Below are positions 11,605 through 20,426 of a DNA stretch of 20,426 nt, one piece after another. This DNA is from Ginkgo biloba (Eukaryota; Plantae; Ginkgophyta), in the NCBI GenBank assembly GCA_024626585.2, contig JANKJI020000002.1, forward strand, positions 221,027,457 through 221,047,882. The letters run 5' to 3'. Within the stretch, counting starts at the first letter, position 1. The number at the start of each line of letters is the position of its first letter. Made by a program: the position numbers and the translations under genes. The notes below the pieces were generated by a model. That model was given only the letters and a program-made list of their open reading frames with translations, ran no database searches and was not told the DNA's origin.

Positions 11605-12685
11605 AAATTCTTCCTCATAAATGGACTGAAGAAGTTAAAGAATCCTTCTAAAAAATAAAGGACTCTCTTGCAATAGCACTGGTACTTTCATCTCCAAATT
11701 TTAGAAAGTACTTCATCATATATTCACTTGCTTCAAAATAAGTAGTTCTCACAACCTTGTTGCAAAAATATGATAATGGAAATGAGTGTCCCATTTCCTT
11801 TGTGATCTTGGTGCCAAAGGATTATGAGTTAAGGTACTCAAAATTTAAAAAGAAAGCTTATTCCTTGGTTAAGGTTGTCAATGATTTTAGGCCATATATT
11901 CTGATGAATCATACTATGGATTATGTGTCATTAGCACTAGTCATATTAATATTAAACCAACAAGAGTTGAGTGGTAGATGGGCCAACTAGGTCACTGAGA
12001 TTCAAGAGTATGATCTCGATGTCAAGCAAGCCAAAATTATCAAAGGATAGGGGTTATGTAAGTTAGTGATTGATTCTCTCACTAAGTCATCCTCTAATGA
12101 AAATGAGGCAAACATGGTAAATGCTAAAAATGACATAGTCCTATTATATCTAAAGTTAAAGTATCAAGAAATGATATTTTATTTGTGCAATTGGGAGTGC
12201 CCCAAAGGTTTATCGGGAAATAAAAAGAGGAATATGAAACTAAGAGCCACCAATTTTATCCTAATTAATGATATGCTTCTTAGGTGAAACTATGATGGTC
12301 TATTATTGAGATGTCTTGAAGTGGATCATGCATAAGAAGTTTTAAAAGAATTCCATTTAGGATTTTTTGGGGGGCATTATGATTCTCAAACTACTACCTA
12401 TAGGATTCTTTGGGAGGGATATCATTGTCCTAGTATTTCCAAGATGTATTCAAGTTAGTCTAGGCATGAATACGATTCCAATAGTTCATAGGAAAAGAGA
12501 ACTTCATAGCCATGCCTTTACAGTCAATTATAGTTGATGAACCTTTCACTCAGTGGGGTTTTAATTTTATCGGTCCCATAAATCCACCTTCAAGCAAATG
12601 GAACATATATATCTTGATGAATACTAACTAATTCACCAAATGGGATGAGGTTATTCCCCTCAAGAAGGCCTCTTCTAAAGAATTC
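11605..12685 (+). pseudogene. pol: Ty3/gypsy pol fragment: RT connection, RNase H, integrase zinc finger and start of integrase core
   Basis: KWTEEVKESF*KIKDSLAIALVLSSPNFRKYFIIYSLAS...LLQKYDNGNECPISF...ELRYSKFKKKAYSLVKVVNDFRPYIL...GRWAN*VTEIQEYDLDVK (RNase H). Then LLRCLEVDHA*EVLKEFHLGFFGGHYDSQTTTYRILWGGYHCP (HHCC region) and MPLQSIIVDEPFTQWGFNFIGPINPPSSKWNIYILMNTN*FTKWDEVIPLK (integrase core; the first catalytic D appears as N). RH-before-INT order indicates gypsy. Confidence 0.92.
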
Positions 12686-12832
12686 NNNNNNNNNNNNNNN
12701 NNNNNNNNNNNNNNNNNNNNNNNNNNNNNNNNNNNNNNNNNNNNNNNNNNNNNNNNNNNNNNNNNNNNNNNNNNNNNNNNNNNNNTCGTTGTTTCTTCTC
12801 ATCGATTGTTGGTGACTCGAGTTTATTCATAT

Positions 12833-12844
12833 GCAATAGCACCA
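12833..12844 (-). promoter_or_regulatory. Decayed tRNA-Asp-type primer-binding site
   Basis: Minus strand TGGTGCTATTGC versus TGGCGCCGTTGC (9/12). All three differences are C>T or G>A transitions, and the site lies 2 nt after an ...TTAACA terminus. Confidence 0.5.
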
Positions 12845-12846
12845 AA

Positions 12847-13377
12847 TGTTAAGAATTGGTATGCTTAACGAGTGCACAATGAATCCCTACCCTAGATATA
12901 AAGCATCAGCATCATAGTCATACACATAGAACATTGTACATAGATATGTGAAAAACCATCCAAGTTATTCTATTCATGAATAGATACCAATACCATCAAT
13001 ACATCAGGTACATTACAATCATGTATCATTCTCTCAATCTCTACTACTTCATCTTAGCCTATGTCATTTATATATACAAGGTGCAAATGGTTATATAACC
13101 ATCACAAAAGTTACAATATATAGTCAGGATCAAGTCAGTGTCAGTGGAATGTCTCGACCTATGTCAGTGAAGTGTTGTCAATGGACCGCATATGGAGTCT
13201 TTGTTCGACATGGGTCGAAGATCTGACTCATGTTGGTGAGATTTATGTTGATGTCGACTCATTTCCTTCTGACGCTTCATTGGTGGTAGTCTACCTATGA
13301 TCGACGCATGTCAATGAATCTATCCCATCAGTGTCAGGCCAAGCTTTATTCGACTTGCATTGGATTCCCGTCCAACA
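12847..13377 (-). mobile_element. LTR (~530 bp) of an LTR retrotransposon, probably a 5' LTR whose internal part runs into the N gap
   Basis: Minus strand begins TGTTGGAC and ends CTTAACA (TGTT/AACA termini), with a TATA-like TATATATAAA at ~13076-13067 and a PBS-like sequence immediately after. An alternative end at 12807 (TGTTGG...CCAACA) would make it a solo LTR, but there is no matching TSD (tcgat vs atatg). Confidence 0.6.
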
Positions 13378-16109
13378 ATATGCAAGCTTAAAAACATCTA
13401 AGTTTTATGTTTTTGGCATTTTAGTTGATTTAGGACAATTCCATATATTCTGATTATAGCTATAATATGTCATATAAGAAACACCATTGATGTTAAAAAT
13501 TATTCCAAAAGATGCATTTTTCTTTTAGCTTTAAGGATATATAAATTTAAATGAAAATAGATTTTGTATGAGAAAGTTAAAGTCATTTTATTGACAACAC
13601 ATAAACAATGTTTACATGTTTCCCAATGTTAAAATAAGCATTGTCTTAGTTTTTTCTTGATTTCATCTTGATTGTAATTTATGGAAATCTATGTCCATAC
13701 ATGTTTATGCTATAGTGTTAAGGATTTCATATCAAGTACCTATTTTTTACATCATTATATTTGTTATAAATTATTTAAATTTTTTGAAGGATTTGATCAT
13801 TACCCTTTCTTGGATGGCCTCCAATAACCTAGAAGTTAAACAGTAATTTCTATCCCTCTTACATGAATCTCTTCTCTGTTAAAGGGATGAAAATTTTATT
13901 GCCAATACTTTTCACTAAAATTAGATCCAAAATTATTTTTATATTACTCTAATCAAATTTGTAGTTAATAGAACACTATCTTATATATTTTTTATAAAAN
14001 NNNNNNNNNNNNNNNNNNNNNNNNNNNNNNNNNNNNNNNNNNNNNNNNNNNNNNNNNNNNNNNNNNNNNNNNNNNNNNNNNNNNNNNNNNNCTTTGAAAT
14101 ATCAAAAGAAGATGTCTCTCTTTTTATAGATGATGTTTGAGGTTCATTAAAGTTGATTAGATCTGAGGTGACCTCAATTAGTGATAGTTTTTTCACTAAA
14201 ATATCTCATGGTTTTGAATTGCATAATGTGTCACCTTTCCCTTGAGGTGATATTTTTTTTTCAATGTAGGTGCCATGCCTTTTTTCTCAATGTTGTGCCT
14301 TTTTCTAAAACTTATAGAAAAACTGACAAATGGATTTTTTATTCTCCTAAAATTAGTTCTTTAGATAACACATGGCATAGATAGGTAGCTCAATTGCAAT
14401 AAAGACAAAGATAAATTAGATTCTCTTAAGGATTTAAGAGATTTAGATCATCAATAGAATCTGAAAGCATTCATGATGAAAATTTAAGAAGTAAGTGGAA
14501 AATCCAAACTTGGTTTAACTCTTTGATTAATCTCTAAAAAATTATTATGATTGGAATAATCCAATTAAATAGATTTATAGAAAAATCCCAGTCTAGGAAT
14601 AGTAAACCTAATTCTAATAATTAGAAAGTGTTATCTATGTCACTTTCTATGATTATCTACCAATCTCAAAATAGCTAATCTCTTGTTTGAAAAAATAAGT
14701 TCTATAAATAGATAGTGATTAGCGAGTGTGCATAAAATAATTAATAAAATGTAAGATAAATAAGTAATTGTACTATTATAATAATTAATTACTCATATTA
14801 ATAATAATTATTAACTAAGTGCATCATATGCCTTATTTACATAGTTGTACAATAAATAGATGAGTAATCAATCTAAATGTGATGTGGCACATAAAGGATT
14901 TGCAAGGCTAAATGCATGATACATCAATTCCTCCCTAATTAGTTTGTGATGGTCCCCATCACAATTGGAAGATGTGATCTGAGTCCTTCTCTTAAGTGCC
15001 CAATAAGAGCTATACCAATGGAGAGAGAGTGATGTATGATTATGAGTTTGAGAGGGTAGCTCTTCTAACATAAGGAGTAAAAAGAGTATTGGGAATGGAA
15101 GCTTACCCAATATATATCTTCCAACTACAAGAGATGAACTCTCATTTGGGATAATAGTTGGAAGTAGAAATCAATCAAGGGATTTACAAAATTAAATGAG
15201 TTTATTATATTATTATTGTTCAAATTTATTCTACAAGCTTAAAGGACTTTCTTATGCCTCCCAACATATTCTCATTGTCTTGAATTGATTAATGTAACCC
15301 CACCTGTATATTATAAAATTGTGTTGAGAAGAAGTGTATCATGTTGGTTATATATGGGTCGCCTCTAATCAATTATGTCAAACGTAAGAGGCTATTACAG
15401 TTTGATAAATCTATAATTGCTCATATTGTACTGTGTTCAAAAAATTAAATTCTCAAAAAACTATTTTTTGTCTCCTCTATCATGCATCGTGCCTTTTCCC
15501 AGAGTATCATGTGTTTTTCATAGTGCGCCACACCTTTTCCTGTCCAATGTTGTGGGTTTTTTCTCCGACACAACAACTTCTTTCTATAATAGNNNNNNNN
15601 NNNNNNNNNNNNNNNNNNNNNNNNNNNNNNNNNNNNNNNNNNNNNNNNNNNNNNNNNNNNNNNNNNNNNNNNNNNNNNNNNNNNNNNNNNNNNNNNNNNN
15701 NNNNNNNNNNNNNNNNNNNNNNNNNNNNNNNNNNNNNNNNNNNNNNNNNNNNNNNNNNNNNNNNNNNNNNNNNNNNNNNNNNNNNNNNNNNNNNNNNNNN
15801 NNNNNNNNNNNNNNNNNNNNNNNNNNNNNNNNNNNNNNNNNNNNNNNNNNNNNNNNNNNNNNNNNNNNNNNNNNNNNNNNNNNNNNNNNNNNNNNNNNNN
15901 NNNNNNNNNNNNNNNNNNNNNNNNNNNNNNNNNNNNNNNNNNNNNNNNNNNNNNNNNNNNNNNNNNNNNNNNNNNNNNNNNNNNNNNNNNNNNNNNNNNN
16001 NNNNNNNNNNNNNNNNNNNNNNNNNNNNNNNNNNNNNNNNNNNNNNNNNNNNNNNNNNNNNNNNNNNNNNNNNNNNNNNNNNNNNNNNNNNNNNNNNATT
16101 GAAATGGTT

Positions 16110-17068
16110 CGACACTTTTAACAAAGCTCGCTTGTTCTAATGGTCCACTTAGCAAATTAATGAGCCTTTACTTATTCCATGGTATCACACATTCCATCTA
16201 GCCAGTGGTTGATAATTATCCCTATCATCTAGTAGATGTTCATCTCCACTAATGATTGGATGTCACACTGATAAGTCTTTAGCATTTATTATTTCTAATG
16301 GGTCTTTGGCCATGTGTCCTCCTAGTGTCTCTTTGGGTTTTCTTCTCTATTGGGCTTTTCTTTCCTCGGGTGGCCTTTTGTCATGGTGCTCACTTGATCC
16401 CCAAACTCTGAACTGTCTTCTCACTTGGGCTCCCTTAGTCATGATGCCTTTCTCTTACATCCTCTAATCTCTTTTAGGTCTGTGATGCCCAAGGCTTCTC
16501 TAAGGGTGATCTCCAATGGTGAGTCTCAAACCTTTGATGCCTAAAAATAGAAACATACAAACCAATACGTCCTCCTATTATTTTGAGGGCATCCAATGTG
16601 GGTCCCCCAAGCCTCCCCTTCTTAACTAATTTTGATCTGGTCCTTGAGTTTGTAGGCTTCACCCTTCTTGACTAATATCAACATTCAAACATATGATCTC
16701 CTAGCACTAATTTTGAAGGCTTGAGTCAGGACTCTGTCATCACTCCACAAAACCAAAAGTCAAAACACTATTATATCTCTCATTTTAGTTTTTTCCCACT
16801 CCTTGGGATTTTGATGTGGAATTCCCCTGACTTACCTTTCAAACCTTTGAACCCCCAAAATTTGAACTCCTTTGAGTATTCCAACACCTAAAAAAGGGCA
16901 TAATGCCTCAATTCTTTTCAATATCTTTTTCAGGTCCATGGGACCTAGGGTTATTTAGTGAAGTCCACCAAAACCCAGACCACCAATATCTCTTAATGTC
17001 AAAAACACATATCTTTGATAATACATAACTAGAACTTTTGCATGCACTATAGGGATTCTCCTTCATCA
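16110..17068 (-). repeat. 3' LTR of the CRM-like element
   Basis: Collinear with 19236-20179 (e.g. aatggtccacttag, gccatgtgtcct, cttcacccttcttgac, ccaaaagtcaaaac, gttatttagtgaagtccaccaaaa). Ends in catca at 17068. The left boundary is uncertain by about 5 nt. Confidence 0.85.
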
Positions 17069-17083
17069 TCTTCCTCAAATTCA
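17069..17083 (-). promoter_or_regulatory. Polypurine tract remnant
   Basis: Minus strand ...GAATTTGAGGAAGA directly abuts the TGATG of the 3' LTR. Confidence 0.5.
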
Positions 17084-17679
17084 AAAAATCACATGATCTC
17101 ATGCTCATGATTTATCTTAAACTCCTTCTCTAATTTCCATCCAACACCCTTGATTCTTCTCTCATGTTCTAAGTGTTGCCTTTGGTGATAATTTGCTTCT
17201 TCTTCAACGAGTGTTAGTTACTACACACTCTTATCTTTTGTCTTATCTCCTCATGGGTCTTCTCCTCAGGTTTAGCTAGGGTCTTCTCTTCACCATTCTT
17301 TTTTTCATTCAACATGACCCAATTTTTTGTCACCATAAGCACATTCCTTTCTTCATTGCTTCTCAATATGGTCCTCACCACCATCGGTGTGCTCATTTCC
17401 CAACATATTCATTTCATAATTCTCTTTGTTATTAGGCCTTCTCCAATTATCCTAGACTTTATCCTATTGCAATGAACTTAATCCACCTTCCTCGCTTGTA
17501 TTCATGTCAACCATAGAGATTTTTGGTTTGGCCTCATGTGCCACATGTGCTTCATCCTGTCCTTCATATGGATCCTCTTAATATTCTTCCTCATCTTTCC
17601 CTTGCATGGGATCCTCTAGTATCTTCTCATATAACTCTTCTACCTTCTCAGCCATTAGAGCATAGCATGCTTTGGTCAC

Positions 17680-17904
17680 CTATACTTTCCTCAGTACTTC
17701 CGTGGAAACCAATTCCATCTCCTTAGGTTCTTCCTCCTTCAAAGGAAAGATTTTAATCCTAGTCCCATCCTTAGTGAATGAATACATGTTATCCCTTCCA
17801 TCATGGATTAATTGTCTATCATATTTACATGGCCTTCCTAACAACACATGGAATGCATCCATAGGAATTATATCACATCACACTACATGTTAATGAGGGT
17901 TTGT
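17680..17904 (-). pseudogene. Aspartic protease C-terminal half (CRM/chromovirus-type)
   Basis: CDIIPMDAFHVLLGRPCKYDRQLIHDGRDNMYSFTKDGTRIKIFPLKEE (cf. CDVVPMDACHLLLGRPWQYDR...HDG..NTYSF). The catalytic DSG probably lies in the N gap at 17905-18004. Confidence 0.85.
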
Positions 17905-18004
17905 NNNNNNNNNNNNNNNNNNNNNNNNNNNNNNNNNNNNNNNNNNNNNNNNNNNNNNNNNNNNNNNNNNNNNNNNNNNNNNNNNNNNNNNNNNNNNNNN
18001 NNNN

Positions 18005-19083
18005 AAATTCATTATTGATATTTCATCCCTCTTGGGAAAATCAAAGGATCAATGTCCTTTTTCTCCATAGCTATAACATAAAATCAACCTCCCTAGTGCA
18101 TAGATCCCTCATCTATCTTCCTCTTTATAGTATGTAGTCTCCACATCCCCAACTTTGTTGAGATGCATATTATCCTCTGCCTTTTTGTGGTAAATCATTC
18201 TAGAATCTTCCTTACTTCTCACCTATGAAGTTTCCCTCAAGATTCATCATCCCAACTCATATTTTCTGCTTTTACACTAAAGTTTCATCTCTCCCAATGA
18301 TGGTCCTTCTCCTTGCATTCTTGGATAGCTTCTCCTCCACCATCAATGCCAATTAGTATGCCACTTTGATAGACAACTTTCTATAGACACAATTTATCTT
18401 GAATGGAATATTTTAACCCATTTGCATACCTTGCAACCATTTTCTCCTTGCCTTTCCCATTTTTATCTCAAATGAACAGTTTATAGAATTCATTTGTGTA
18501 CTCTTATACACTTTTCTCTCTCTATCTTAAGTTCTAAAATTTCTTAAATAGGATCTATCCATAATTCATCGGTAAGAATTTCCCTTCAAGTTTGGACAAC
18601 ATTTTATCCCATACCTAAATCTTCTCCTTATCTTTCATCACTCTCTCCTTATGTATGTGCTCCCACCAGATCACCACATGCCCCTTTAATCTCATACATG
18701 CCAACTTCACCCACTTAGGATCTTAAATCTCTTCCCATTCAAAGTATTTATCCAGGGTGATAACCTAGTCAAGAAGCTCCTCTAGCTTCAAGATACCTCC
18801 ATAATCTAGGATATCGAGTTTCACTCCACCTTACTTTCTTTTTAGAAACTCTACCAATCAAGATCCTGATTCCTTGGGTCTTTGTTTTGAATATGCTACT
18901 TCTTCCTCTTTTGTTGATTTTGATTCATGATCTCTTTCAAGACTAGGTATTTTATTATTGCATTCCACATCTTCTATCCTTCTTCTGAATACTTGTATCT
19001 CTCTATGAGCTATTACTAACCCTCCTCAGGCTACCCTTGGTGTTATTCTTGATTTCTCTTCACTCCCCCCAATAATTGCTCAT
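18005..19083 (-). pseudogene. gag: gag pseudogene of the CRM-like element
   Basis: GVKLDILDYGGILKLEELLD*VITLDKYFEWEEI*DPKWVKLACMRLKGHVVIWWEH...VWDKMLSKLEGKFLP...EYTNEFYKL...MVARYANGLKYSIQDKL is a typical chromovirus retrotransposon-gag core. Candidate ATG at 19083; several stops and frameshifts. Confidence 0.88.
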
Positions 19084-19222
19084 GTTTTCCTTATTAATTT
19101 CCAAAAATCCTTGGCCTTGAAACACTTCTTTAATAGGCTTTCACTAACTCTTGTCCTTCCTCTTCCTCATTTTCTCATGTCTCTCTCTCTTTCTCCTACT
19201 ACTTTCTCTCTATCATCCCGTC

Positions 19223-19234
19223 ACACTGATATAA
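19223..19234 (-). promoter_or_regulatory. Heavily decayed tRNA-iMet PBS
   Basis: Minus strand TTATATCAGTGT versus canonical TGGTATCAGAGC (8/12), 1 nt after the LTR end ...GATCA. Confidence 0.4.
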
Positions 19235-19235
19235 T

Positions 19236-20179
19236 TGATCAATTTTAACACATCTCACTTGTTCGAATGGTCCACTTAGTGAATTAATAAGCATTTACTT
19301 CTTCTATGTTGTTACACGCTCCATCTAGAAATTGGTCGATAATTAACCTTGTCATCTAATAGTTGTTAATATCCATCAGTGATTGAATGTTACCTTGATA
19401 AGGCTTCAACATTTATTCTTTCTAATGGTCTTTAGCCATGTGTCCTTTTGGTGGATCTTTGGGTTTTCTCCTCTATCGGGCTTTTGTTTTGTCAAGCAAA
19501 CTTTATCATGGTTCTCTCCTAATCCCTGAAATTCAAACTGCCTTCTCACTTGGTCTCCCTTAGACACAATGCCTTTCTCTTGTATCCTCTAATCTCTTTT
19601 GGGTTCACGGTGCTCAGGGATTCTCTAAGGATGATCTCTAATGGCAAGTCCCAAACCATTGATGATTAAAACCTAAAACATACAGACCAATACCTCCTCT
19701 ACTTCTTTCAAGGGAATCCAATGTGGGGCCCTTAGGCACCCCCTTCTTAATTGATTTTGATCCAATATGTGATTATGTAGCCTTCACCCTTCTTGACCAA
19801 TGTCAAACACAGAATCTCCTGACACTAATTATAAAGGATTAAGTTAGAACTTCATCTTCACTTCATAGAACCAAAAGTCAAAACTCTATTATATCTCCTA
19901 TTTGGGTCTACAACAACTCCTAAGGATTTTGACATGGGCTTCTCCTGACTTCCCTTCCAAATCTCTGAACCCCCAAAAGTTGAACTTATTTAAGTATACC
20001 AATTCCTAAAAAAGAGAACAACACCTTAATTATTTTTAATATATTTTGTGGGTCTATAGGACCTCGAGTTATTTAGTGAAGTCCACCAAAATTTATACCT
20101 TTGATATCTCTAATTGTCAAAATCTCTAATAATACAAAACTGACAATTTTGAGTGTGCCATATGCATGCTTCTACATCA
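19236..20179 (-). repeat. 5' LTR of the CRM-like element
   Basis: On the plus strand it runs tgatc (19236) to catca (20179), giving TGAT/ATCA inverted termini. It is a direct repeat of 16110-17068. Confidence 0.85.
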
Positions 20180-20426
20180 GAATATATCATGTGATANNNN
20201 NNNNNNNNNNNNNNNNNNNGAATATAGACAATAGAGTTTACCATATTTATTTTAAGTGTAGGTGTAGGCTCACATATCAAAATGTGCATACTTGTTATAC
20301 TAGTAAGGCTTGACAAAAATTATATCACAACAATCCATTTTTATTACATCATAAGTAATTGAATCGATATATTAATTAATCATAAATTTGATAGTGAAAA
20401 CCTTATTCACCTCTATGCTCTGTCCT

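Larger units (their letters stand above)
16110..20179 (-). mobile_element. Non-autonomous CRM-like Ty3/gypsy LTR element with gag and protease only (TR-GAG-like), ancient
   Basis: Two ~950-bp direct repeats flank ~2.2 kb of internal sequence with gag and protease but no RT/RH/INT. Both LTRs start TGATG on the minus strand. A decayed PBS follows the 5' LTR and a purine tract precedes the 3' LTR. No TSD is recognisable. Confidence 0.8.

Noticed and set aside
12807-13377. Solo LTR with TGTTGG...CCAACA termini
   Set aside because: The flanks (tcgat / atatg) form no TSD. The shorter end at 12847 followed by a PBS-like site is better supported, though this alternative is not excluded.
13381-14700. 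Possible MITE/Helitron-like repeat and faint ORF remnants (e.g. IHVRGIEITV on minus; IGSSIAIKTKIN on plus)
   Set aside because: No terminal repeats or convincing motif series; too degraded to call.
14750-15188. Candidate solo LTR with TGTAA...TTACA ends around the stem-loop cluster
   Set aside because: No TSD (taaaa / aaatt), and such 5-mers are common in AT-rich DNA.
15417-16155. Four 205-236 aa ORFs in the track
   Set aside because: Artefacts of translation through a ~505-N gap.
16252-16662. Short ORFs inside the 3' LTR
   Set aside because: They lie within LTR sequence, have no recognisable motifs, and the track shows no counterpart ORF in the 5' LTR copy.

Overview
AT-rich, CpG-depleted eukaryotic DNA that reads as a plant transposable-element graveyard. 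The retroelement protein motifs resemble gymnosperm/conifer elements, but the host is an inference. The window is broken by many N gaps (eight of exactly 100 N, so probably unsized), and adjacency across those gaps is uncertain. I found no intact host gene, RNA gene or CRISPR array, and the supplied ORFs are fragments or N read-through. Left to right: (1) a decayed minus-strand accessory-type retroelement ORF (~231-2153); (2) a minus-strand Ty3/gypsy (Tat-like) gag-protease pseudogene (4673-6284) with a tRNA-Arg primer-binding site (6455-6472); (3) a probable long LTR carrying ~23 copies of a G-box-like palindromic motif at ~100-bp spacing with divergent spacers (7164-9674); (4) a dead L1-type LINE reverse transcriptase (10090-11086); (5) a plus-strand gypsy RNase H-integrase fragment apparently joined directly to a gag tail (11187-12685); (6) a minus-strand LTR with a decayed tRNA-Asp-type PBS (12833-13377); (7) a very old, two-LTR, CRM-like non-autonomous element with only gag and protease (16110-20179). 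All translations and alignments were done by eye, so boundaries and counts are approximate.
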